From the sequence record ON190025.1: a stretch of DNA of 64,000 nucleotides. One strand, given 5' to 3'. A program made the position numbers and the translations under genes. Shown one piece after another: positions 38,774-46,139 of this stretch (within the stretch, counting starts at the first letter, position 1; the number at the start of each line of letters is the position of its first letter). Below the pieces are notes generated by a model. The model had not been told where the DNA came from and searched no databases. It saw only the letters and a list, made by a program, of their open reading frames with translations.

Positions 38774-39381
38774 TGTGTGGACTATTTGCTGCTAGAAGCA
38801 AGCAAGAGCTTATTGAATTGTCAAAGAGTAATATTCATCGTGGTTCGCGTACTCACTCTGTGAGTACGTTTAAGAACGGTCATGTGACGGTTCACAAGTT
38901 TACAGGGGCGTTCAATACAACTAATGTGCCTGATAGTGCAGATTTTTATATCTGTCATGTACAAGCACCAACGGGAACAAGTGCTCAAGCACATCCCGCT
39001 ATTGTAACAATTGAAGAGAACGGTCAGTTGCATGATTCACACGTGTGGCATAATGGTATTCTCAAAGACCATTACATGAAAAATCAGACTCAAGAATGGG
39101 ACACTGCACACATTGCTGAAGCGATTTGCTACGGCAAATTAAACGAACTTGACGGTACGTTTGCTTGTTTTCACTTCATTAACGGCAATTTGCGTGTATT
39201 TCGCAATGAAATTAGCCCGTTGTTCATGAGCGAAGACGGTACATCGTTTAGCAGCACGCGAACGATTTTAACTCCAGAGCATGTTGAGCCAAATAAAGTG
39301 TTTAACATCGACTTGAAGACGTTTAAGATGACAGTCGTAAACGAGTTCAAGACTCTTGAAAATCCCTATTTCTTTATGTGA
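38773..39381 (+). CDS. class II (Ntn) glutamine amidotransferase domain
   Basis: N-terminal MCGLF, HRG, H..APT, AHP, WHNGIL, DTAHI; coupled to queC. Confidence 0.8.
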   Translation: MCGLFAARSKQELIELSKSNIHRGSRTHSVSTFKNGHVTVHKFTGAFNTTNVPDSADFYICHVQAPTGTSAQAHPAIVTIEENGQLHDSHVWHNGILKDHYMKNQTQEWDTAHIAEAICYGKLNELDGTFACFHFINGNLRVFRNEISPLFMSEDGTSFSSTRTILTPEHVEPNKVFNIDLKTFKMTVVNEFKTLENPYFFM

Positions 39382-39390
39382 GGTTAAAAC

Positions 39391-39666
39391 ATGATTGAAG
39401 TGAATATCGACGACTTGCTGAAAAATGGTAAAGTCACATTTGAATTTGAGAAAGCAGATGGTTCTATTAAGACTGTAACTGGTACGCGCAATCTCGATTT
39501 CATCCCTGCTGAGTTTCACCCGAAAGAAAAGCCTTTATCTGAAGGTGAGACAAAGCCAGAGAAAACAGAAAAGCAAAAAGCGACATGCGGTTACTTCGAT
39601 CTCGAAGCTAATGGCTGGCGTTCGTTTAAACGAGCTAATTTACGCGAAGTGAAATCGTTTGATTAA
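39391..39666 (+). CDS. small SH3/WYL-like beta-barrel protein (DUF2693-like)
   Basis: VTFEFEKADGS..GTRN...YFDLEANGWRSFK. Confidence 0.65.
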   Translation: MIEVNIDDLLKNGKVTFEFEKADGSIKTVTGTRNLDFIPAEFHPKEKPLSEGETKPEKTEKQKATCGYFDLEANGWRSFKRANLREVKSFD

Positions 39667-39868
39667 AGACCCGTTTGCTGAACACTTGCGCGTCGGACAG
39701 TGTATTATTCACAAGAAGACGAGCAATGTGTATACAGTAACGAGTAAAGGCAAACTCAAGTTCGACGGTAAGTGGTACAATGCTATCACTTACACGAGCG
39801 AACTAGGCGACGTATACACAAGAACATACGACGACTTCCGCGGGTTTGAACTAAATAGTCCGCACTGA
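39659..39868 (+). CDS. hypothetical protein (DUF1653-like)
   Basis: IHKKTSNVYTV...VYTRTYDDF. Confidence 0.55.
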   Translation: MIKDPFAEHLRVGQCIIHKKTSNVYTVTSKGKLKFDGKWYNAITYTSELGDVYTRTYDDFRGFELNSPH

Positions 39869-39960
39869 GAGACGGTCGCAGTGCGCTGATAAAACAGCGA
39901 TCAACAAATAGGAGTGATGGGCCCTAACTCATCAAATCATCAACTTTCGTGAGAACTATA
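39852..39960 (+). promoter_or_regulatory. late promoter plus structured about 100-nt leader
   Basis: TAAATA at 39852; stems CGCACTG/CAGTGCG, CGCTG/CAGCG, TGATG/CATCA. Confidence 0.5.
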
Positions 39961-39962
39961 TA

Positions 39963-40169
39963 ATGGCTACAGAAAAAGAATTACTCGATGACGTGAATAA
40001 CTTCTGGATTGGTTGGGACCAACGTGGTCCTGAGAGTCGAGATTATGACATCGAAGATGGTAATATGCGCAAGAAATGTCGTGAGTTTGAAGAGCGAAAG
40101 AAAGCTACAGACGAACGCATTGCAGCATTTGAAGCAACACGAAACAAATACAAAAGACGAGAGAAATAA
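39963..40169 (+). CDS. hypothetical protein
   Basis: ORF coupled to gene 31. Confidence 0.6.
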   Translation: MATEKELLDDVNNFWIGWDQRGPESRDYDIEDGNMRKKCREFEERKKATDERIAAFEATRNKYKRREK

Positions 40170-40507
40170 TGACACTTAAAGCACACGCAATGGGCGAACA
40201 AATCATCATCGACACTAAAGCAGTTAAAGAAGGTGAAGAAATCAAATCTGAAGGTGGTATCGTTCTCGGGCGTGCTACTCAACCCGAAGTTCCGCTTCAC
40301 GGTATTGTGATTTCTGTCGGCGAAGACGTAGACCAAAAGGTCATCAAAGTAGGTGACAAAGTTCTATTACCACTAGGTAATATCAAAAACGTACCTGACC
40401 CACGCATTATCGAAGGTATCATGAAGCCAGACGATCAAGATCGTGCGCTATGGGTGCATACACACTACAAAAACATCGCGGCTGTATATCGCGACGACGA
40501 GGCATAA
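40169..40507 (+). CDS. 31: co-chaperonin gp31 (GroES-like)
   Basis: mobile loop KSEGGIVLG, GIVISVGE, KVGDKVLLP, PDPR, HYKNI. Confidence 0.9.
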   Translation: MTLKAHAMGEQIIIDTKAVKEGEEIKSEGGIVLGRATQPEVPLHGIVISVGEDVDQKVIKVGDKVLLPLGNIKNVPDPRIIEGIMKPDDQDRALWVHTHYKNIAAVYRDDEA

Positions 40508-40509
40508 CA

Positions 40510-40899
40510 ATGAACGACAATCTTAGACTAATTGAAGTATCAGCAACTGGCTACTACAGCAATGCGACCGCAGCACACACGTGCTGGGTTACGGCTGAGT
40601 TCGTTGAGAAATATGAAGATGCGATTTGCGCATTTAGCTTTTCTTTCAGTGACCTAGACGGTAAGCATTCTGAAACAGAAGCTGAAGTTTGCATACATGA
40701 AGAACAGCGCGACATGGCACTGGCTTGGAGTGAGTCTCAAGGTGAAGATTGGTCAATCACTGAAATCATGTTCGACCATGAAGCATTCGAGAGCGATGAC
40801 ATTGAAGAAATGATCAGCTTGAACGAAGACATGAACAACACGATTGAAGTCAAGACACAAACAGTCATTACAATCGGTACTGAAACTATCATTGTATAA
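40510..40899 (+). CDS. acidic hypothetical protein
   Basis: Start at 40510; LDGKHSE. Confidence 0.65.
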   Translation: MNDNLRLIEVSATGYYSNATAAHTCWVTAEFVEKYEDAICAFSFSFSDLDGKHSETEAEVCIHEEQRDMALAWSESQGEDWSITEIMFDHEAFESDDIEEMISLNEDMNNTIEVKTQTVITIGTETIIV

Positions 40900-40926
40900 A
40901 AAAAGGGAGCTAATTGCTCCCTTTTT
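40898..40926. terminator. bidirectional terminator
   Basis: A7 GGGAGC-TAATT-GCTCCC T5 between convergent genes. Confidence 0.85.
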
Positions 40927-40927
40927 G

Positions 40928-41434
40928 CTATTCGTCATCTCCATAACCATACTTGTTGTTGTCAAAATCACAACGCGGGTTATTCAAGAAACTCTTTCTG
41001 TAAATCTTTTCCAATTCGCTTTTCTTCGCACCCTCTGGGTACTTAATACCTAGACTGTCTAAATGTTCTTTTTGCTCTTGCAGTTTTAATCGACTGAAGA
41101 TCTTAGTTTGGTCTTTTGGGTGCTGAGGGTGATAATCATTATCTGAGTAATCAGCTTCTAGGTATTCTACTAGATTTTTAAGCCACTGAATGTAATCAAT
41201 TCCACGACCTTTCAAACCACTTCTTGTAAACTTATGAATCACAACGCCTTCGTAAGTATTGCACGCTCGACACAGAACGCCTCGAATATGCCCCGTGTTG
41301 TGGTCGTGGTCAGTATGTGGCGTGCTTTTCTCTTCACTCAATTTAGTACCGCACAACACACATCTGTCCAATTGATCCATGATTAGTTCATTACGGCATT
41401 CTGTCAGTTCTGATTGTTTAAGTTGTTTGCTCAT
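40928..41434 (-). CDS. 49: recombination endonuclease VII (Holliday junction resolvase)
   Basis: CVLC...DHDH..GHIRGVLCRACN..EG, RSGLKG, WLKNLVEYL, YHP. Confidence 0.9.
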   Translation of the reverse strand: MSKQLKQSELTECRNELIMDQLDRCVLCGTKLSEEKSTPHTDHDHNTGHIRGVLCRACNTYEGVVIHKFTRSGLKGRGIDYIQWLKNLVEYLEADYSDNDYHPQHPKDQTKIFSRLKLQEQKEHLDSLGIKYPEGAKKSELEKIYRKSFLNNPRCDFDNNKYGYGDDE

Positions 41435-41506
41435 GTTTTTCTCAAAAAGTTATTGACTATGCTATTGTTTATATGTACAATGAGAAGGCAAATTCATATA
41501 AGGAAT

Positions 41507-41767
41507 ATGACAATGAAATTGAGACATTTAAGACAACGACTCGAAACTCTTGCGATATGTGAATTCAGCGTCGTCGAAGTTCGATACTTTGAAGATGGTC
41601 GAGAGCGTTATATCACGCCAGAGTTCGAAATCGAATTCAACCCAGAAGTGACAATCATCATGTTGTCAGATTCAAAAGGTCGAATCTCTTACAATGAGAT
41701 CGAAATAGAAAAAGAAATCGCAAGTCATGAAGAGCTTGCACATCGTGAACGTTTTTTAGGAATTTAA
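41507..41767 (+). CDS. hypothetical protein
   Basis: Start at 41507 after AAGGA. Confidence 0.6.
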   Translation: MTMKLRHLRQRLETLAICEFSVVEVRYFEDGRERYITPEFEIEFNPEVTIIMLSDSKGRISYNEIEIEKEIASHEELAHRERFLGI

Positions 41768-41776
41768 GGTAAAATT

Positions 41777-42784
41777 ATGAGCTTTGTGAAATACACATCA
41801 TTAGAAAACAGCTACCGTCAAGCATTCGTAGACAAATGTGACATGCTTGGCGTCAAAGAATGGGTAGCTCTTGAGAAGATCCACGGTGCCAACTTCAGCT
41901 TTATCGTCGAATTCAAACCAAGCACTGAGGAAGTACCTGGAGAGATGTCTGTAACGCCCGCTAAACGCACTTCTACTATTGGCGCTAATGCTATGGGTGA
42001 TTACGACTTCTACGGTTGTACGAGCGTTGTAGAAGCTCACATCGAAAAAATGCAAGATATCTCAAATTGGCTATTTGCCAATGATTTTATCAAAAACGAT
42101 GAAACGATCATCGTCTATGGTGAACTTGCAGGTAAAGGCATTCAAAAAGAAGTCAACTACGGTGATAAAGATTTCTGGGCTTACGATATCTTATGCCCAG
42201 AAACCGGTGAGTTTCTAGATTGGGATGTTGTGCTCAAAGCATGTAAGTTTGCTGGAGTCAAGACGACTCACGAAATCGCACGCGGTACACTTGATGAACT
42301 ACTTAAAATCGATCCCCTCTTCAGAAGCTTTCACACGCCCGCTGACGTTGATAGTGAAAACGTAGCAGAAGGGTTCGTAGTTAAGCAATTGAAAGCGGAG
42401 AAACGCTTACACAACGGTTCTCGTGCAATCTTGAAGGTTAAGAATGAGAAATTCAAAGAGAAAAAGAATAAGCAGGGAAAAACGCCGCGAGCTAAAGTTG
42501 TTCTTACAGAAGAACAAGAAAAACTGCACGCTGCATTTAGTTGTTATCTAACTGAAAACCGCTTGCGCAATGTACTGAGTAAGATCGGCAAAGTTGAAGC
42601 GAAGCAGTTCGGTATGGTAAGTGGTTTGTTTGTCAAAGACGCGAAAGATGAGTTTGAACGTGACGAACGAGACGAAGTAGCAATCCCTCGTGATGATTGG
42701 GATGTTATCAAGCGTTCTCTAGTCAATGTAGCCAACGAGATCTTGCGTAAGAACTGGTTGAATATCGTTGATGGTACTTTTTAA
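41777..42784 (+). CDS. rnlB: RNA ligase 2
   Basis: FVKYTSLEN, EKIHGANFS, YGELAG, EGFVVK, LKVKNEKFKE. Confidence 0.95.
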   Translation: MSFVKYTSLENSYRQAFVDKCDMLGVKEWVALEKIHGANFSFIVEFKPSTEEVPGEMSVTPAKRTSTIGANAMGDYDFYGCTSVVEAHIEKMQDISNWLFANDFIKNDETIIVYGELAGKGIQKEVNYGDKDFWAYDILCPETGEFLDWDVVLKACKFAGVKTTHEIARGTLDELLKIDPLFRSFHTPADVDSENVAEGFVVKQLKAEKRLHNGSRAILKVKNEKFKEKKNKQGKTPRAKVVLTEEQEKLHAAFSCYLTENRLRNVLSKIGKVEAKQFGMVSGLFVKDAKDEFERDERDEVAIPRDDWDVIKRSLVNVANEILRKNWLNIVDGTF

Positions 42785-42896
42785 ACACTTTCGTAAACTA
42801 TACTGCAAGCACACGAACAGGAATGAAACAAGTGTATGTGGCATTATATTCTGGTCGTGTCCTGACTGCGGCGATGATAATTATCGCGATAGATAA
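42771..42896 (+). CDS. 41-aa Zn-ribbon peptide (not in the ORF track)
   Basis: Translated by hand: MVLFKHFRKLYCKHTNRNETSVCGIIFWSCPDCGDDNYRDR. Confidence 0.45.
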   Translation: MVLFKHFRKLYCKHTNRNETSVCGIIFWSCPDCGDDNYRDR

Positions 42897-42918
42897 AGCT
42901 CCTTCGGGAGCTTTTTTT
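42895..42918 (+). terminator. intrinsic terminator (UUCG loop)
   Basis: AAAGCTCC-TTCG-GGAGCTTT followed by T-run. Confidence 0.85.
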
Positions 42919-42958
42919 GTATCTGAAACATGACATAAGTACTCATAACAGTATATGA

Positions 42959-43522
42959 GTGAGACTTATCATGGCATTTATGAAAAAAGAGAAAGACACA
43001 AAAGACATTACAGAAGCAGATGTACAGTACGCAATTGCCGTACAAAGCGTATGGATTCACAAGAGATACACAGCGGTTATACCAAACTGTTACACCAAGT
43101 TCGATAATGAAGCTGATTTATTTGGTATTCGACCAAGTGGTTTATGTGATGAGATTGAAATCAAAGTATCTAAAGCAGATTATCGAGTTGACGAGCAGAA
43201 AACTGTTCTAATCGAAAATGAGTCTTACGATCACTGGCGTGACAAGTATACCAAAACACCAAAACGTGATGCATTGCAAGATGGTAAAATGAGCAATTAC
43301 TTCTGGTATGCATTCCCGAAAGGTCTTGTCGACCATGCTGATGTACCTGAGTGGGCTGGTATAATCGAAGTAGATGGTTTTCTCAATGCAAGAGAAGTAA
43401 GAATGCCAAAACGTCTACATGGTGGAAAGATGACAATCGAAGAGCAGTTAAAGCAAATCAAGAAATTGGGCTTTCGATTCTGGAATCTGGTTAAAAAGAA
43501 CAAGAAGAGCGAAGCGAAATAA
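42959..43522 (+). CDS. MmcB-like PD-(D/E)xK nuclease
   Basis: EADL..DEIEIKVSKADY, NYFWYAFP. Confidence 0.7.
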   Translation: MRLIMAFMKKEKDTKDITEADVQYAIAVQSVWIHKRYTAVIPNCYTKFDNEADLFGIRPSGLCDEIEIKVSKADYRVDEQKTVLIENESYDHWRDKYTKTPKRDALQDGKMSNYFWYAFPKGLVDHADVPEWAGIIEVDGFLNAREVRMPKRLHGGKMTIEEQLKQIKKLGFRFWNLVKKNKKSEAK

Positions 43523-43553
43523 CCAACTGAGGCCCAAAAATTGGGCATCATCT

Positions 43554-43607
43554 TAGTAGTATTAGTAGTTTTAGTGAAGTTAGAGATATTAGTAATATTA
43601 GGGGATT
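43554..43607. repeat. six degenerate 9-bp direct repeats, each starting with TAG
   Basis: TAGTAGTAT TAGTAGTTT TAGTGAAGT TAGAGATAT TAGTAATAT TAGGGGATT. Confidence 0.65.
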
Positions 43608-43628
43608 GAAAATAACTTGAGAAAGTTG

Positions 43629-43657
43629 TTGACAGTCCCCTTTTTTGATCGTACTAT
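43629..43657 (+). promoter_or_regulatory. early promoter
   Basis: TTGACA -17- TACTAT. Confidence 0.7.
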
Positions 43658-43691
43658 ACAGTCCTTGAAACAATTTATGTGAGTGAAGACT

Positions 43692-44216
43692 ATGAACTTG
43701 AGTGAACGTGAAGAAGAGCTAAGATCGTTATCGATTGAGCATGTGGACGATGAAGTTGCTGTTACTGTCTCATGTGCTGGCATGCTGAATTACTACACTG
43801 TTTGCCCGTCAGAGTTCAAAGACTTTTTGGACAACCATGAGGGAACAGCTTATGTAGCATTTGAATGGCACAACATGCCATGTGATTTACAAGACGAAGA
43901 ATTAGACTTCGACGGTCTACTTGCTTGGTTTAATCTCGATGAACAAGAACGTGAAATCTGCGAAGCATTGTATAATAACAACGTTTGTATGTCATTCGAA
44001 GATGCAGCCGAGAAAATCAGTGACTGTTGGGTGTTCGAAGGCACAAGCGAAGACTATGCAAGACATGTAACGTCTGAGCTAATGGGTATTCGCTTAGAAG
44101 ATATGCCTGTCATTGTAAGCAGCAACATCAACTGGCGTGATGTATTCATCGACCTTGACGCAGAAGGTAATATCTACGAAATTGGTCGCGACAAATACTT
44201 AACAGTACACGGTTAA
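43692..44216 (+). CDS. ArdA-like acidic antirestriction protein
   Basis: Very acidic; EGTSEDYARH...NINWRDVFIDL resembles the ArdA C-terminal domain. Confidence 0.55.
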   Translation: MNLSEREEELRSLSIEHVDDEVAVTVSCAGMLNYYTVCPSEFKDFLDNHEGTAYVAFEWHNMPCDLQDEELDFDGLLAWFNLDEQEREICEALYNNNVCMSFEDAAEKISDCWVFEGTSEDYARHVTSELMGIRLEDMPVIVSSNINWRDVFIDLDAEGNIYEIGRDKYLTVHG

Positions 44217-44218
44217 AA

Positions 44219-44797
44219 ATGAGTAGCACAAAAGGTAAAGTCAACAAAGACGATTACTACGCTACGCCAGACTGGATTGTTGAAGAGTTTCTACTAGAGT
44301 TTGAAACTCGCATTCAGCATGAGCACGAGAAGAGCATGGCAGGTATGTACGTGCTCGACCCATCATGTGGTGGTTGTTCAGAACACAAAGCAGCATATCC
44401 CGTAGCATACAAGAGTTTGTATCATGTTGATATTGACACAATGGACATTCGCGAAGACAGTCACGCGCAAATTATCGCGAACTATCTTGAAGCTGATGTT
44501 CAAGTGAATTACTACGATATGATCATGACTAACCCACCGTTCAGCTTATCAGTTGATTTTGCAGAGAAAGCACTGAGCGAAGTCAAGAATGGTGGTTATG
44601 TTGTCATGCTACAACGTCTTAACTGGCTAGGTAGTATCAAACGAAAGCCTTTCTGGGATGAAGCACCCCTGAGAGCAGTGATGGTTCATCATCGAAGACC
44701 ATCATTTCACGGTACAAAAGGCACAGACTCGATTGAGTATGCGCACTTTGTATTTCAAAAAGGTTACGCAGGTAAAGCAGAGATTATAGTAATATGA
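44219..44797 (+). CDS. DNA N6-adenine methyltransferase
   Basis: DYYATP, VLDPSCGG, IMTNPPFS, RLNWLGS..R. Confidence 0.85.
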   Translation: MSSTKGKVNKDDYYATPDWIVEEFLLEFETRIQHEHEKSMAGMYVLDPSCGGCSEHKAAYPVAYKSLYHVDIDTMDIREDSHAQIIANYLEADVQVNYYDMIMTNPPFSLSVDFAEKALSEVKNGGYVVMLQRLNWLGSIKRKPFWDEAPLRAVMVHHRRPSFHGTKGTDSIEYAHFVFQKGYAGKAEIIVI

Positions 44798-45009
44798 TTA
44801 CTTCAGTTGAAACTTATGAAGGTCTACTAGACACATTCGACAAACCACAACAAATGAAAATCGTAGATGGTGATGTTCATTATTCACTATTCGGCACTCA
44901 GTTGTTTAGTCGCAAAAGCGAACTATTGCTAGAGACCTACTTGGTTTCAACTGAATCTACGCTCGGTGATGTTTACATGTGGAGAGTGGCATGTCGTTTA
45001 CGAAAATGA
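44794..45009 (+). CDS. hypothetical protein
   Basis: ORF track. Confidence 0.55.
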   Translation: MITSVETYEGLLDTFDKPQQMKIVDGDVHYSLFGTQLFSRKSELLLETYLVSTESTLGDVYMWRVACRLRK

Positions 45010-45383
45010 GAAAAATAAGGGAATCTATGTCCAATTTTAAAGCAAATCTAGCAAGTCGTAGTACGATTAAGATCAATGGTACTGAGTATCACGGTACAAG
45101 CGTGACAGTTAAGAACGGCAAAGTCGTTGTTGACGGTCGTTTGCAAGGTGATATTGATGACCGCGTGGTAAACGTGTACATTGATGGTGACTGTACTCTT
45201 GTTCAAAACGAGAACGGCAATATTGCATGTCGTAACGTACAAGGTGACGTGACAACGACTAATGGCGATATTGAATGTGACGATGTTGATGGTTCAGTAT
45301 CATCAACAAACGGTGATATCAAATGTGGTGATGTTGCTGGTAATGTAAGCACAAACAACGGGGATATTATTCGAAAATGGTAG
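45006..45383 (+). CDS. beta-strand-repeat protein (DUF4097-like)
   Basis: Repeats V(T/S)(T/S)TNGDI.C.DV.G. Confidence 0.7.
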   Translation: MRKIRESMSNFKANLASRSTIKINGTEYHGTSVTVKNGKVVVDGRLQGDIDDRVVNVYIDGDCTLVQNENGNIACRNVQGDVTTTNGDIECDDVDGSVSSTNGDIKCGDVAGNVSTNNGDIIRKW

Positions 45384-45649
45384 ATAAAACTCGAATCAAA
45401 GAAGTAATTGACCTCGCGATTGAAAAAATTGAAGCAGGTTCAAATATTGCACACAGCGTGCAAGAGTTTACTCCGTTTGATATTGTCAACTACTTACAAG
45501 AAATTGGCTACGAAGCTCATGATCTTGAGACAAACGGTTGGCAAGTAGACTTCTGGCAAGATTTCACCAAAGACGGCTGCAAGAAACTTACATTTGCAGG
45601 TAGCTGGTATTTCGGTCAATCAACACTGAGTGAGGCATGTGATGACTAG
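45377..45649 (+). CDS. hypothetical protein
   Basis: ETNGWQVDFW motif. Confidence 0.6.
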   Translation: MVDKTRIKEVIDLAIEKIEAGSNIAHSVQEFTPFDIVNYLQEIGYEAHDLETNGWQVDFWQDFTKDGCKKLTFAGSWYFGQSTLSEACDD

Positions 45650-45938
45650 ACAAACAGATTTTTTCGGTCGAGAAATTAAAGACGGTGACTTTGTATTGCG
45701 TGCAAAGAACTCAGGTCGTTCTTACTCAATGAGCGTACTGCTCGTTGTTGACTTGCCTGATGATCGTCGTAAATACCTAGAACTCAGAACTTATGGTGGT
45801 GTTAGCAACAATGCCAAATTACCTTGCGGTAGTTCAGCGACGATTGTCGAACCTGAAATCGTCGAGCAAAAGTATCCAGATGCTTATCGCGCTGCGTTAG
45901 TAGAAGCTGCAAATCTTCGCACGGTAATCCCTCGATAG
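45642..45938 (+). CDS. hypothetical protein
   Basis: DFFGREIKDGDFV. Confidence 0.6.
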   Translation: MTRQTDFFGREIKDGDFVLRAKNSGRSYSMSVLLVVDLPDDRRKYLELRTYGGVSNNAKLPCGSSATIVEPEIVEQKYPDAYRAALVEAANLRTVIPR

Positions 45939-45941
45939 TTG

Positions 45942-45969
45942 TTGACGTGAGTTGTCAATTGTGTATAAT
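45942..45969 (+). promoter_or_regulatory. early promoter upstream of rIIA, with TTGAC/GTCAA inverted repeat
   Basis: TTGACG -16- TATAAT. Confidence 0.6.
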
Positions 45970-46139
45970 GCTCTTAAAATGAAGGAGAACTACTATGATT
46001 GACAACATGATACGCGACATGATTGAGTCTGAATATGAATTCGATGACATCATTCATTGTCTTGAAAAGCAATACAAGATGCCTCATATAGAAGCAGTGG
46101 ACGCTCTAAACGAGGTAATTAACGATATGTGAGAAATAC

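Noticed and set aside
31780-39960. preQ1 riboswitch near the que genes
   Set aside because: No short stem with a downstream A-rich tail typical of preQ1-I was seen in the intergenic gaps; an Rfam scan would settle it.
45130-45380. NGDI repeats as a DNA repeat element
   Set aside because: Protein-level beta-helix repeats with varied codons; common in phages.
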